Shown: positions 41,801 to 59,800 of the stretch, piece by piece | Layout: every line of letters begins with the position of its first letter | Position numbering within the stretch: the stretch's first letter is position 1 | From: Eledone cirrhosa | Taxonomy: Eukaryota | Reading direction: 5' to 3' | Assembly: GCA_964016885.1 (NCBI GenBank) | Contig: OZ024742.1 | Coordinates: 202,120,001-202,184,000, forward strand | Length of the DNA stretch: 64,000 nucleotides | The notes under the pieces: generated by a model | The model's database searches: none | Told to the model about the DNA's origin: nothing | The model's input: only the letters and a program-made list of their open reading frames with translations | Made by a program: the position numbers and the translations under genes

Positions 41801-44800
41801 ACAGTCTACCTATGACCACACTTCACACAGTGTACCCATGACCACACTTCACACAGTGTACCTATGACCACACTTCACACAGTCTACCTATGACCACACT
41901 TCACACAGTGTACCTATGACCACACTTCACACAGTGTACCTATGACCACACTTAACACAGTCTACCTAAGACCACACTTCACACAGTGTACCTAAGACCA
42001 CACTTCACACAGTCTACCTATGACCACACTTAACACAGTCTACCTATGACCACACTTCACACAGTCTAACTATCACCACACTTCACACAGTCTACCTATG
42101 ACCACACTTCACACAGTCTACCTATGACCACACTTCACACAGTGTACCTATGACTACACTTCACACAGTCTACCTATGACCACACTTCACACAGTGTACC
42201 TAAGACCACACTTCACACAGTCTACCTATGACCACACTTCACACAGTCTAACTATCACCACACTTCACACAGTCTACCTATGACCACACTTCACACAGTC
42301 TACCTATGACCACACTTCACACAGTCTACCTATCACCACACTTCACACAGTCTACCTATGACCACACTTCACACAGTCTACCTATGACCACACTTCACAC
42401 AGTCTACCTATGACCACACTTCACACAGTCTACCTATGACCACACTTCACACAGTCTACCTATCACCACACTTCACACAGTCTACCTATCACCACACTTC
42501 ACACAGTCTACCTATCACCACACTTCACACAGTCTACCTATGACCACACTTCACACAGTCTACCTATCACCACACTTCACACAGTCTACCTATCACCACA
42601 CTTCACACAGTCTACCTATCACCACACTTCACACAGTCTACCTATGACCACACTTAACACAGTCTACCTTTGACCACACTTCACACAGTCAATCTATGAC
42701 CACACTTCACACAGTCTACCTATGACCACACTTCACACAGTGTACCTATGACCACACTTCACACAGTCTACCTATCACCACACTTCACACAGTCTACCTA
42801 TGACCACACTTCACACAGTCTACCTATCACCACACTTCACACAGTCTACCTATGACCACACTTCACACAGTCTACCTATGACCACACTTCACACAGTCTA
42901 CCTATGACCACACTTCACACAGTCTACCTATGACCACACTTCACACAGTCTACCTATTACCACACTTAACACAGTCTACCTATCACCACACTTCACACAG
43001 TCTACCTATCACCACACTTCACACAGTCTACCTATCACCACACTTCACACAGTCTACCTATCACCACACTTCACACAGTCTACCTATGACCACACTTCAC
43101 ACAGTCTACCTATGACCACACTTCACACAGTCTACCTATGACCACACTTAACACAGTCTACCTATGACCACACTTCACACAGTCTACCTATGACCACACT
43201 TCACACAGTCTACCTATCACCACACTTCACACAGTCTACCTATGACCACACTTAACACAGTCTACCTTTGACCACACTTCACACAGTCTACCTATGACCA
43301 CACTTCACACAGTGTACCCATGACCACACTTCACACAGTGTACCTATGACCACACTTCACACAGTCTACCTATGACCACACTTCACACAGTGTACCTATG
43401 ACCACACTTCACACAGTGTACCTATGACCATACTTCACACAGTGTACCTAAGACCACACTTCACACAGTGTACCTAAGACCACACTTCACACAGTCTACC
43501 TATGACCACACTTAACACAGTATACCTATCACCACAATTCACACAGTCTACCTAAGACCACATTTCACACAGTGTTCCTATGACTACACTTCACACAGTG
43601 TACCTAAGACCACACTTCACACAGTCTACCTATCACCACACTTAACACAGTCTACCTATGACCACACTTCACACAGTCTAACTATCACCACACTTCACAC
43701 AGTCTACCTATGACCACACTTCACACAGTCTACCTATGACCACACTTCACAGAGTGTACCTATGACTACACTTCACACAGTCTACCTATGACCACACTTC
43801 ACACAGTGTACCTAAGACCACACTTCACACAGTCTACCTATGACCACACTTAACACAGTATACCTATCACCACAATTCACACAGTCTACCTAAGACCACA
43901 TTTCACACAGTGTTCCTATGACTACACTTCACACAGTGTTCCTATGACTACACTTCACACAGTCTACCTATCACCACACTTCACACAGTCTACCTATGAC
44001 CACACTTCACACAGTCTACCTATGACCACACTTCACACAGTCTACCTATCACCACACTTCACACAGTCTACCTATGACCACACTTCACACAGTGTTCCTA
44101 TGACTACACTTCACACAATGTACCTAAGACCACACATCACACAGTGTACCTATGACCACACTTCACACAGTGTACCTAAGACCACACTTCACACGGTGTA
44201 CCTAAGACCACACTTCACACAGTCTACCTATGACCACACTTAACACAGTCTACCTATGACCACACTTCACACAGTCTACCTATGACCACACTTCACACAG
44301 TCTACCTATGACCACACTTCACACAGTCTACCTATGACTACACTTCACACAGTCTACCTATGACCACACTTAACACAGTCTACCTTTGACCACACTTAAC
44401 ACAGTCTACCTATGACCACACTTCACACAGTGTACCTATGACCACACTTCACACAGTCTACCTAAGACCACACTTCACACAGTGTTCCTATGACTACACT
44501 TCACACAGTGTACCTAAGACCACACATCACACAGTGTACCTATGACCACACTTCACACAGTGTACCTAAGACCACACTTCACATAGTGTACCTAAGACCA
44601 CACTTCACACAGTCTACCTATGACCACACTTAACACAGTCTACCTATGACCACACTTCACACAGTCTACCTATGACCACACTTCACACAGTCTACCTATG
44701 ACCACACTTCACACAGTCTACCTATGACCACACTTAACACAGTGTACCTATCACCACACTTCACACAGTCTACCTATCACCACACTTCACACAGTCTACC

Positions 44801-47800
44801 TATCACCACACTTCACACAGTCTACCTATGACCACACTTCACACAGTCTACCTATGACCACACTTCACACAGTCTACCTATCACCACACTTCACACAGTC
44901 TACCTATGACCACACTTCACACAGTCTACCTATCACCACACTTCACACAGTCTACCTATGACCACACTTAACACAGTCTACCTTTGACCACACTTCACAC
45001 AGTCTACCTATGACCACACTTCACACAGTGTACCTATGACCACACTTCACACAGTGTACCTATGACCACACTTCACACAGTCTACCTATGACCACACTTC
45101 ACACAGTGTACCTATGACCACACTTCACACAGTGTACCTATGACCACACTTCACACAGTGTACCTAAGACCACACTTCACACAGTGTACCTAAGACCACA
45201 CTTCACACAGTCTACCTATGACCACACTTAACACAGTCTACCTATGACCACACTTCACACAGTCTAACTATCACCACACTTCACACAGTCTACCTATGAC
45301 CACACTTCACACAGTCTACCTATGACCACACTTCACACAGTGTACCTATGACCACACTTCACACAGTCTACCTATCACCACACTTCACACAGTCTACCTA
45401 TGACCACACTTCACACAGTCTACCTATCACCACACTTCACACAGTCTACCTATGACCACACTTAACACAGTCTACCTTTGACCACACTTAACACAGTCTA
45501 CCTATGACCACACTTCACACAGTGTACCTATGACCACACTTCACACAGTGTACCTATGACCACACTTCACACAGTCTACCTATGACCACACTTCACACAG
45601 TCTACCTATCACCACACTTCACACAGTTTACCTATGACCACACTTCACACAGTGTACCTATGACCACACTTCACACAGTCGACCTATGACCACACTTCAC
45701 ACAGTGTACCTATGACCACACTTCACACAGTCTACCTAAGACCACACTTCACACAGTGTTCCTATGACTACACTTCACACAGTGTACCTAAGACCACACA
45801 TCACACAGTGTACCTATGACCACACTTCACACAGTGTACCTAAGACCACACTTCACATAGTGTACCTAAGACCACACTTCACACAGTCTACCTATGACCA
45901 CACTTAACACAGTCTACCTATGACCACACTTCACACAGTCTACCTATGACCACACTTCACACAGTCTACCTATGACCACACTTCACACAGTGTACCTATG
46001 ACTACACTTCACACAGTCTACCTATGACCACACTTCACACAGTGTACCTAAGACCACACTTCACACAGTCTACCTATGACCACACTTAACACAGTCTACC
46101 TATGACCACACTTCACACCGTCTACCTAAGACCACACTTCACACAGTGTTCCTATGACTACACTTCACACAGTGTTCCTATGACTACACTTCACACAGTC
46201 TACCTATCACCACACTTCACACAGTCTACCTATGACCACACTTCACACAGTCTACCTATGACCACACTTCACACAGTCTACCTATGACCACACTTCACAC
46301 AGTGTACCTATGACCACACTTCACACAGTCTACCTATGACCACACTTCACACAGTCTACCTATGACCACACTTCACACAGTCTACCTATCACCACACTTC
46401 ACACAGTCTACCTATGACCACACTTCACACGGTCTACCTATCACCACACTTCACACAGTCTACCTATGACCACACTTAACACAGTCTACCTTTGACCACA
46501 CTTAACACAGTCTACCTATGACCACACTTCACACAGTGTACCTATGACCACACTTCACACAGTGTACCTATGACCACACTTCACACAGTCTACCTATGAC
46601 CACACTTCACACAGTCTACCTATCACCACACTTCACACAGTCTACCTATCACCACACTTCACACAGTCTACCTATCACCACACTTCACACAGTCTACCTA
46701 TGACCACACTTCACACAGTCTACCTATCACCACACTTCACACAGTGTACCTATGACCACAATTCACACAGTCTACCTATCACCACACTTCACACAGTCTA
46801 CCTATGACCACACTTAACACAGTCTACCTTTGACCACACTTCACACAGTCTACCTATGACCACACTTCACACAGTTTACCTATGACCACACTTCACACAG
46901 TGTACCTATGACCACACTTCACACAGTCTACCTATGACCACACTTCACACAGTGTACCTATGACCACACTTCACACAGTCTACCTAAGACCACACTTCAC
47001 ACAGTGTTCCTATGACTACACTTCACACAGTGTACCTAAGACCACACATCACACAGTGTACCTATGACCACACTTCACACAGTGTACCTAAGACCACACT
47101 TCACATAGTGTACCTAAGACCACACTTCACACAGTCTACCTATGACCACACTTTACACAGTCTACCTATGACCACACTTCACACAGTCTAGCTATGACCA
47201 CACTTCACACAGTCTACCTATGACCACACTTCACACAGTGTACCTATGACTACACTTCACACAGTCTACCTATGACCACACTTCACACAGTGTACCTAAG
47301 ACCAGACTTCACACAGTCTACCTATGACCACACTTAACACAGTCTACCTATGACCACACTTCACACCGTCTACCTAAGACCACACTTCACACAGTGTTCC
47401 TATGACTACACTTCACACAGTGTTCCTATGACTACACTTCACACAGTCTACCTATTACCACACTTCACACAGTCTACCTATCACCACACTTCACACAGTC
47501 TACCTATGACCACACTTCACACGGTCTACCTATCACCACACTTCACACAGTCTACCTATCACCACACTTCACACAGTCTACCTATCACCACACTTCACAC
47601 AGTCTACCTATCACCACACTTCACACAGTTTACCTATGACCACACTTCACACAGTGTACCTATGACCACACTTCACACAGTCTACCTATGACCACACTTC
47701 ACACAGTGTACCTATGACCACACTTCACACAGTCTACCTAAGACCACACTTCACACAGTGTTCCTATGACTACACTTCACACAGTGTTCCTATGACTACA

Positions 47801-50800
47801 CTTCACACAGTCTACCTATCACCACACTTCACACAGTCTACCTATCACCACACTTCACACAGTCTACCTATGACCACACTTCACACAGTCTACCTATCAC
47901 CACACTTCACACAGTCTACCTATGACCACACTTAACACAGTCTACCTATGACCACACTTAACACAGTCTACCTATGACCACACTTCACACAGTCTAACTA
48001 TCACCACACTTCACACAGTCTACCTATGACCACACTTCACACAGTCTACCTATGACCACACTTCACACAGTGTACCTATGACCACACTTCACACAGTCTA
48101 CCTATCACCACACTTCACACAGTCTACCTATGACCACACTTCACACAGTCTACCTATCACCACACTTCACACAGTCTACCTATGACCACACTTAACACAG
48201 TCTACCTTTGACCACACTTAACACAGTCTACCTATGACCACACTTCACACAGTGTACCTATGACCACACTTCACACAGTGTACCTTTGACCACACTTCAC
48301 ACAGTCTACCTATGACCACACTTCACACAGTCTACCTATCACCACACTTCACACAGTTTACCTATGACCACACTTCACACAGTGTACCTATGACCACACT
48401 TCACACAGTCGACCTATGACCACACTTCACACAGTGTACCTATGACCACACTTCACACAGTCTACCTAAGACCACACTTCACACAGTGTTCCTATGACTA
48501 CACTTCACACAGTGTACCTAAGACCACACATCACACAGTGTACCTATGACCACACTTCACACAGTGTACCTAAGACCACACTTCACATAGTGTACCTAAG
48601 ACCACACTTCACACAGTCTACCTATGACCACACTTAACACAGTCTACCTATGACCACACTTCACACAGTCTACCTATGACCACACTTCACACAGTCTACC
48701 TATGACCACACTTCACACAGTCTACCTATGACCACACTTAACACAGTGTACCTATCACCACACTTCACACAGTCTACCTATCACCACACTTCACACAGTC
48801 TACCTATCACCACACTTCACACAGTCTACCTATGACCACACTTCACACAGTCTACCTATGACCACACTTCACACAGTCTACCTATCACCACACTTCACAC
48901 AGTCTACCTATGACCACACTTCACACAGTCTACCTATCACCACACTTCACACAGTCTACCTATGACCACACTTAACACAGTCTACCTTTGACCACACTTC
49001 ACACAGTCTACCTATGACCACACTTCACACAGTGTACCTATGACCACACTTCACACAGTCTACCTATCACCACACTTCACACAGTCTACCTATGACCACA
49101 CTTCACACAGTCTACCTATGACCACACTTCACACAGTCTACCTATGACCACACTTCACACAGTCTACCTATGACCACACTTCACACAGTCTACCTATAAC
49201 CACACTTCACACAGTCTACCTAAGACCACACTTCACACAGTGTTCCTATGACTACACTTCACACAGTGTTCCTATGACTACACTTCACACAGTCTACCTA
49301 TCACCACACTTCACACAGTCTACCTATGACCACACTTCACACAGTCTACCTATGACCACACTTCACACAGTCTACCTATCACCACACTTCACACAGTCTA
49401 CCTATGACCACACATAACACGGTCTACCTATCACCACACTTCACACAGTCTACCTATCACCACACTTCACACAGTCTACCTATGACCACACTTAACACAG
49501 TCTACCTATCACCACACTTCACACAGTCTACCTATCGCCACACTTCACACAGTCTACCTTTGACCACACTTCACACAGTCTACCTATGACCACACTTCAC
49601 GCAGTCTACCTATCACCACACTTCACACAGTCTACCTATGACCACACTTAACACAGTCTACCTATCACCACACTTCACACAGTCTACCTATCGCCACACT
49701 TCACACAGTCTACCTATCACCACACTTCACACAGTCTACCTATGACCACACTTCACACAGTCTACCTATGACCACACTTCACACAGTCTACCTATGACCA
49801 CACTTCACACAGTCTACCTATGACCACACTTCACACAGTCTACCTATGACCACACTTCACACAGTCTACCTATGACCACACTTCACACAGTCTACCTATC
49901 ACCACACTTAACACAGTCTACCTATCACCACACTTCACACAGTCTACCTATCACCACACTTCACACAGTCTACCTATGACCACACTTCACACAGTGTACC
50001 TATGACCACACTTCACACAGTCTACCTATGACCACACTTCACACAGTCTACCTATCACCACACTTCACACAGTCTACCTATGACCACACTTAACACAGTC
50101 TACCTTTGACCACACTTCAGACAGTCTACCTATGACCACACTTCACACATTGTACCTATGACCACACTTCACACAGTCTACCTATCACCACACTTCACAC
50201 AGTCTACCTATCACCACACTTCACACAGTCTACCTATGACCACACTTAACACAGTCTACCTTTGACCACACTTCACACAGTCTACCTATGACCACACTTC
50301 ACACAGTGTACCTATGACCACACTTCACACAGTGTACCTATGACCACACTTCACACAGTCTACCTATGACCACACTTCACACAGTGTACCTATGACCACA
50401 CTTCACACAGTGTACCTATGACCACACTTCACACAGTGTACCTAAGACCACACTTCACACAGTGTACCTAAGACCACACTTCACACAGTCTACCTATGAC
50501 CACACTTAACACAGTCTACCTATCACCACACTTCACACAGTCTAACTATCACCACACTTCACACAGTCTACCTATGACCACACTTCACACAGTCTACCTA
50601 TGACCACACTTCACACAGTGTACCTATGACCACACTTCACACAGTCTACCTATCACCACACTTCACACAGTCTACCTATGACCACACTTCACACAGTCTA
50701 CCTATCACCACACTTCACACAGTCTACCTATGACCACACTTAACACAGTCTACCTTTGACCACACTTAACACAGTCTACCTATGACCACACTTCACACAG

Positions 50801-53800
50801 TGTACCTATGACCACACTTCACACAGTGTACCTATGACCACACTTCACACAGTCTACCTATGACCACACTTCACACAGTCTACCTATCACCACACTTCAC
50901 ACAGTTTACCTATGACCACACTTCACACAGTGTACCTATGACCACACTTCACACAGTCGACCTATGACCACACTTCACACAGTGTACCTATGACCACACT
51001 TCACACAGTCTACCTAAGACCACACTTCACACAGTGTTCCTATGACTACACTTCACACAGTGTACCTAAGACCACACATCAAACAGTGTACCTATGACCA
51101 CACTTCACACAGTGTACCTAAGACCACACTTCACATAGTGTACCTAAGACCACACTTCACACAGTCTACCTATGACCACACTTAACACAGTCTACCTATG
51201 ACCACACTTCACACAGTCTACCTATGACCACACTTCACACAGTCTACCTATGACCACACTTCACACAGTGTACCTATGACTACACTTCACACAGTCTACC
51301 TATGACCACACTTCACACAGTGTACCTAAGACCACACTTCACACAGTCTACCTATGACCACACTTAACACAGTCTACCTATGACCACACTTCACACCGTC
51401 TACCTAAGACCACACTTCACACAGTGTTCCTATGACTACACTTCACACAGTGTTCCTATGACTACACTTCACACAGTCTACCTATCGCCACACTTCACAC
51501 AGTCTACCTATCACCACACTTCACACAGTCTACCTATGACCACACTTCACACAGTCTACCTATGACCACACTTCACACAGTCTACCTATGACCACACTTC
51601 ACACAGTCTACCTATGACCACACTTAACACAGTCTACCTTTGACCACACTTCAGACAGTCTACCTATGACCACACTTCACACAGTCTACCTATGACCACA
51701 CTTCACACAGTCTACCTATGACCACACTTCACACAGTCTACCTATCACCACACTTCACACAGTCTACCTATGACCACACTTAACACAGTCTACCTATCAC
51801 CACACTTCACACAGTCTAACTATCACCACACTTCACACAGTCTACCTATGACCACACTTCACACAGTCTACCTATGACCACACTTCACACAGTGTACCTA
51901 TGACCACACTTCACACAGTCTACCTATCACCACACTTCACACAGTCTACCTATGACCACACTTCACACAGTCTACCTATCACCACACTTCACACAGTCTA
52001 CCTATGACCACACTTAACACAGTCTACCTTTGACCACACTTAACACAGTCTACCTATGACCACACTTCACACAGTGTACCTATGACCACACTTCACACAG
52101 TCTACCTATGACCACACTTCACACAGTCTACCTATCACCACACTTCACACAGTCTACCTATGACCACACTTAACACAGTCTACCTTTGACCACACTTCAG
52201 ACAGTCTACCTATGACCACACTTCACACAGTGTACCTATGACCACACTTCACACAGTCTACCTATCACCACACTTCACACAGTCTACCTATCACCACACT
52301 TCACACAGTCTACCTATGACCACACTTAACACAGTCTACCTTTGACCACACTTCACACAGTCTACCTATGACCACACTTCACACAGTGTACCTATGACCA
52401 CACTTCACACAGTGTACCTATGACCACACTTCACACAGTCTACCTATGACCACACTTCACACAGTGTACCTATGACCACACTTCACACAGTGTACCTATG
52501 ACCACACTTCACACAGTGTACCTAAGACCACACTTCACACAGTGTACCTAAGACCACACTTCACACAGTCTACCTATGACCACACTTAACACAGTCTACC
52601 TATCACCACACTTCACACAGTCTAACTATCACCACACTTCACACAGTCTACCTATGACCACACTTCACACAGTCTACCTATGACCACACTTCACACAGTG
52701 TACCTATGACCACACTTCACACAGTCTACCTATCACCACACTTCACACAGTCTACCTATGACCACACTTCACACAGTCTACCTATCACCACACTTCACAC
52801 AGTCTACCTATGACCACACTTAACACAGTCTACCTTTGACCACACTTAACACAGTCTACCTATGACCACACTTCACACAGTGTACCTATGACCACACTTC
52901 ACACAGTGTACCTATGACCACACTTCACACAGTCTACCTATGACCACACTTCACACAGTCTACCTATCACCACACTTCACACAGTTTACCTATGACCACA
53001 CTTCACACAGTGTACCTATGACCACACTTCACACAGTCGACCTATGACCACACTTCACACAGTGTACCTATGACCACACTTCACACAGTCTACCTAAGAC
53101 CACACTTCACACAGTGTTCCTATGACTACACTTCACACAGTGTACCTAAGACCACACATCAAACAGTGTACCTATGACCACACTTCACACAGTGTACCTA
53201 AGACCACACTTCACATAGTGTACCTAAGACCACACTTCACACAGTCTACCTATGACCACACTTAACACAGTCTACCTATGACCACACTTCACACAGTCTA
53301 CCTATGACCACACTTCACACAGTCTACCTATGACCACACTTCACACAGTGTACCTATGACTACACTTCACACAGTCTACCTATGACCACACTTCACACAG
53401 TGTACCTAAGACCACACTTCACACAGTCTACCTATGACCACACTTAACACAGTCTACCTATGACCACACTTCACACCGTCTACCTAAGACCACACTTCAC
53501 ACAGTGTTCCTATGACTACACTTCACACAGTGTTCCTATGACTACACTTCACACAGTCTACCTATCGCCACACTTCACACAGTCTACCTATCACCACACT
53601 TCACACAGTCTACCTATGACCACACTTCACACAGTCTACCTATGACCACACTTCACACAGTCTACCTATGACCACACTTCACACAGTCTACCTATGACCA
53701 CACTTAACACAGTCTACCTTTGACCACACTTCAGACAGTCTACCTATGACCACACTTCACACAGTCTACCTATGACCACACTTCACACAGTCTACCTATG

Positions 53801-56800
53801 ACCACACTTCACACAGTCTACCTATCACCACACTTCACACAGTCTACCTATGACCACACTTAACACAGTCTACCTATCACCACACTTCACACAGTCTAAC
53901 TATCACCACACTTCACACAGTCTACCTATGACCACACTTCACACAGTCTACCTATGACCACACTTCACACAGTGTACCTATGACCACACTTCACACAGTC
54001 TACCTATCACCACACTTCACACAGTCTACCTATGACCACACTTCACACAGTCTACCTATCACCACACTTCACACAGTCTACCTATGACCACACTTAACAC
54101 AGTCTACCTTTGACCACACTTAACACAGTCTACCTATGACCACACTTCACACAGTGTACCTATGACCACACTTCACACAGTGTACCTATGACCACACTTC
54201 ACACAGTCTACCTATGACCACACTTCACACAGTCTACCTATCACCACACTTCACACAGTTTACCTATGACCACACTTCACACAGTGTACCTATGACCACA
54301 CTTCACACAGTCGACCTATGACCACACTTCACACAGTGTACCTATGACCACACTTCACACAGTCTACCTAAGACCACACTTCACACAGTGTTCCTATGAC
54401 TACACTTCACACAGTGTACCTAAGACCACACATCAAACAGTGTACCTATGACCACACTTCACACAGTGTACCTAAGACCACACTTCACATAGTGTACCTA
54501 AGACCACACTTCACACAGTCTACCTATGACCACACTTAACACAGTCTACCTATGACCACACTTCACACAGTCTACCTATGACCACACTTCACACAGTCTA
54601 CCTATGACCACACTTCACACAGTGTACCTATGACTACACTTCACACAGTCTACCTATGACCACACTTCACACAGTGTACCTAAGACCACACTTCACACAG
54701 TCTACCTATGACCACACTTAACACAGTCTACCTATGACCACACTTCACACCGTCTACCTAAGACCACACTTCACACAGTGTTCCTATGACTACACTTCAC
54801 ACAGTGTTCCTATGACTACACTTCACACAGTCTACCTATCGCCACACTTCACACAGTCTACCTATCACCACACTTCACACAGTCTACCTATGACCACACT
54901 TCACACAGTCTACCTATGACCACACTTCACACAGTCTACCTATGACCACACTTCACACAGTCTACCTATGACCACACTTAACACAGTCTACCTTTGACCA
55001 CACTTCAGACAGTCTACCTATGACCACACTTCACACAGTCTACCTATGACCACACTTCACACAGTCTACCTATCACCACACTTAACACAGTCTACCTATG
55101 ACCACACTTCACACAGTGTACCTATGACCACACTTCACACAGTCTACCTATCACCACACTTCACACAGTCTACCTATCACCACACTTCACACAGTCTACC
55201 TATGACCACACTTCACACAGTCTACCTATCACCACACTTCACACAGTCTACCTATGACCACACTTAACACAGTCTACCTATGACCACACTTAACACAGTC
55301 TACCTATGACCACACTTCACACAGTCTAACTATCACCACACTTCACACAGTCTACCTATGACCACACTTCACACAGTCTACCTATGACCACACTTCACAC
55401 AGTGTACCTATGACCACACTTCACACAGTCTACCTATCACCACACTTCACACAGTCTACCTATGACCACACTTCACACAGTCTACCTATCACCACACTTC
55501 ACACAGTCTACCTATGACCACACTTAACACAGTCTACCTTTGACCACACTTAACACAGTCTACCTATGACCACACTTCACACAGTGTACCTATGACCACA
55601 CTTCACACAGTGTACCTATGACCACACTTCACACAGTCTACCTATGACCACACTTCACACAGTCTACCTATCACCACACTTCACACAGTTTACCTATGAC
55701 CACACTTCACACAGTGTACCTATGACCACACTTCACACAGTCGACCTATGACCACACTTCACACAGTGTACCTATGACCACACTTCACACAGTCTACCTA
55801 AGACCACACTTCACACAGTGTTCCTATGACTACACTTCACACAGTGTACCTAAGACCACACATCACACAGTGTACCTATGACCACACTTCACACAGTGTA
55901 CCTAAGACCACACTTCACATAGTGTACCTAAGACCACACTTCACACAGTCTACCTATGACCACACTTAACACAGTCTACCTATGACCACACTTCACACAG
56001 TCTACCTATGACCACACTTCACACAGTCTACCTATGACCACACTTCACACAGTCTACCTATGACCACACTTAACACAGTGTACCTATCACCACACTTCAC
56101 ACAGTCTACCTATCACCACACTTCACACAGTCTACCTATCACCACACTTCACACAGTCTACCTATGACCACACTTCACACAGTCTACCTATGACCACACT
56201 TCACACAGTCTACCTATCACCACACTTCACACAGTCTACCTATGACCACACTTCACACAGTCTACCTATCACCACACTTAACACAGTCTACCTATGACCA
56301 CACTTAACACAGTCTACCTTTGACCACACTTCACACAGTCTACCTATGACCACACTTCACACAGTGTACCTATGACCACACTTCACACCGTCTACCTAAG
56401 ACCACACTTCACACAGTGTTCCTATGACTACACTTCACACAGTGTTCCTATGACTACACTTCACACAGTCTACCTATTACCACACTTCACACAGTCTACC
56501 TATCACCACACTTCACACAGTCTACCTATGACCACACTTCACACGGTCTACCTATCACCACACTTCACACAGTCTACCTATCACCACACTTCACACAGTC
56601 TACCTATCACCACACTTCACACAGTCTACCTATCATCACACTTCACACAGTCTACCTATCACCACACTTCACACAGTTTACCTATGACCACACTTCACAC
56701 AGTGTACCTATGACCACACTTCACACAGTCTACCTATGACCACACTTCACACAGTGTACCTATGACCACACTTCACACAGTCTACCTAAGACCACACTTC

Positions 56801-59800
56801 ACACAGTGTTCCTATGACTACACTTCACACAGTGTTCCTATGACTACACTTCACACAGTCTACCTATCACCACACTTCACACAGTCTACCTATCACCACA
56901 CTTCAGACAGTCTACCTATGACCACACTTCACACAGTCTACCTATGACCACACTTCACACAGTCTACCTATGACCACACTTAACACAGTCTACCTATCAC
57001 CACACTTCACACAGTCTACCTATCACCACACTTCACACAGTCTACCTATCACCACACTTCACACAGTCTACCTATGACCACACTTCACACAGTCTACCTA
57101 TGACCACACTTCACACAGTCTACCTATGACCACACTTCACACAGTCTACCTATGACCACACTTCACACAGTCTACCTATGACCACACTTAACACAGTGTA
57201 CCTATCACCACACTTCACACAGTCTACCTATCACCACACTTCACACAGTCTACCTATCACCACACTTCACACAGTCTACCTATGACCACACTTCACACAG
57301 TCTACCTATGACCACACTTCACACAGTCTACCTATCACCACACTTCACACAGTCTACCTATGACCACACTTCACACAGTCTACCTATCACCACACTTCAC
57401 ACAGTCTACCTATGACCACACTTAACACAGTCTACCTTTGACCACACTTCACACAGTCTACCTATGACCACACTTCACACAGTGTACCTATGACCACACT
57501 TCACACAGTGTACCTATGACCACACTTCACACAGTCTACCTATGACCACACTTCACACAGTGTACCTATGACCACACTTCACACAGTGTACCTATGACCA
57601 CACTTCACACAGTGTACCTAAGACCACACTTCACACAGTGTACCTAAGACCACACTTCACACAGTCTACCTATGACCACACTTAACACAGTCTACCTATG
57701 ACCACACTTCACACAGTCTAACTATCACCACACTTCACACAGTCTACCTATGACCACACTTCACACAGTCTACCTATGACCACACTTCACACAGTGTACC
57801 TATGACTACACTTCACACAGTCTACCTATGACCACACTTCACACAGTGTACCTAAGACCACACTTCACACAGTCTACCTATGACCACACTTAACACAGTA
57901 TACCTATCACCACACTTCACACAGTCTACCTAAGACCACACTTCACACAGTGTTCCTATGACTACACTTCACACAGTGTTCCTATGACTACACTTCACAC
58001 AGTCTACCTATCACCACACTTCACACAGTCTACCTATGACCACACTTCACACAGTCTACCTATGACCACACTTCACACAGTCTACCTATCACCACACTTC
58101 ACACAGTCTACCTATGACCACACATAACACGGTCTACCTATCACCACACTTCACACAGTCTACCTATCACCACACTTCACACAGTCTACCTTTGACCACA
58201 CTTCACACAGTCTACCTATGACCACACTTCACACAGTCTACCTATCACCACACTTCACACAGTCTACCTATGACCACACTTAATACAGTCTACCTATCAC
58301 CACACTTCACACAGTCTACCTATCGCCACACTTCACACAGTCTACCTATCACCACACTTCACACAGTCTACCTATGACCACACTTCACACAGTCTACCTA
58401 TGACCACACTTCACACAGTCTACCTATGACCACACTTCACACAGTCTACCTATGACCACACTTCACACAGTCTACCTATGACCACACTTCACACAGTCTA
58501 CCTATGACCACACTTCACACAGTCTACCTATCACCACACTTAACACAGTCTACCTATCACCACACTTCACACAGTCTACCTATCACCACACTTCAAACAG
58601 TCTACCTATGACCACACTTCACACAGTCTACCTATCACCACACTTCACACAGTCTACCTATGACCACACTTCACACAGTCTACCTATCACCACACTTCAC
58701 ACAGTCTACCTATGACCACACTTAACACAGTCTACCTTTGACCACACTTCAGACAGTCTACCTATGACCACACTTCACACAGTGTACCTATGACCACACT
58801 TCACACAGTGTACCTATGACCACACTTCACACAGTCTACCTATGACCACACTTCACACAGTGTACCTATGACCACACTTCACACAGTCTACCTATGACCA
58901 CACTTCACACAGTGTTCCTATGACTACACTTCACACAGTGTACCTAAGACCACACATCACACAGTGTACCTATGACCACACTTCACACAGTGTACCTAAG
59001 ACCACACTTCACACAGTGTACCTAAGACCACACTTTACAGAGTCTACCTATGACCACACTTAACACAGTCTACCTATGACCACACTTCCCACAGTCTACC
59101 TATGACCACACTTCACACAGTCTACCTATGACCACACTTCACACAGTGTACCTATGACTACACTTCACACAGTCTACCTATGACCACACTTCACACAGTG
59201 TACCTAAGACCACACTTCACACAGTCTACCTATGACCACACTTAACACAGTCTACCTATGACCACACTTCACACCGTCTACCTAAGACCACACTTCACAC
59301 AGTGTTCCTATGACTACACCTCACACAGTGTTCCTATGACTACACTTCACACAGTCTACCTATCACCACACTTCACACAGTCTACCTATGACCACACTTC
59401 ACACAGTCTACCTATGACCACACTTCACACAGTCTACCTATGACCACACTTCACACAGTGTACCTATGACCACACTTCACACAGTCTACCTATGACCACA
59501 CTTCACACAGTCTACCTATGACCACACTTCACACAGTCTACCTATCACCACACTTCACACAGTCTACCTATGACCACACTTCACACGGTCTACCTATCAC
59601 CACACTTCACACAGTCTACCTATGACCACACTTAACACAGTCTACCTTTGACCACACTTAACACAGTCTACCTATGACCACACTTCACACAGTGTACCTA
59701 TGACCACACTTCACACAGTGTACCTATGACCACACTTCACACAGTCTACCTATGACCACACTTCACACAGTCTACCTATCACCACACTTCACACAGTCTA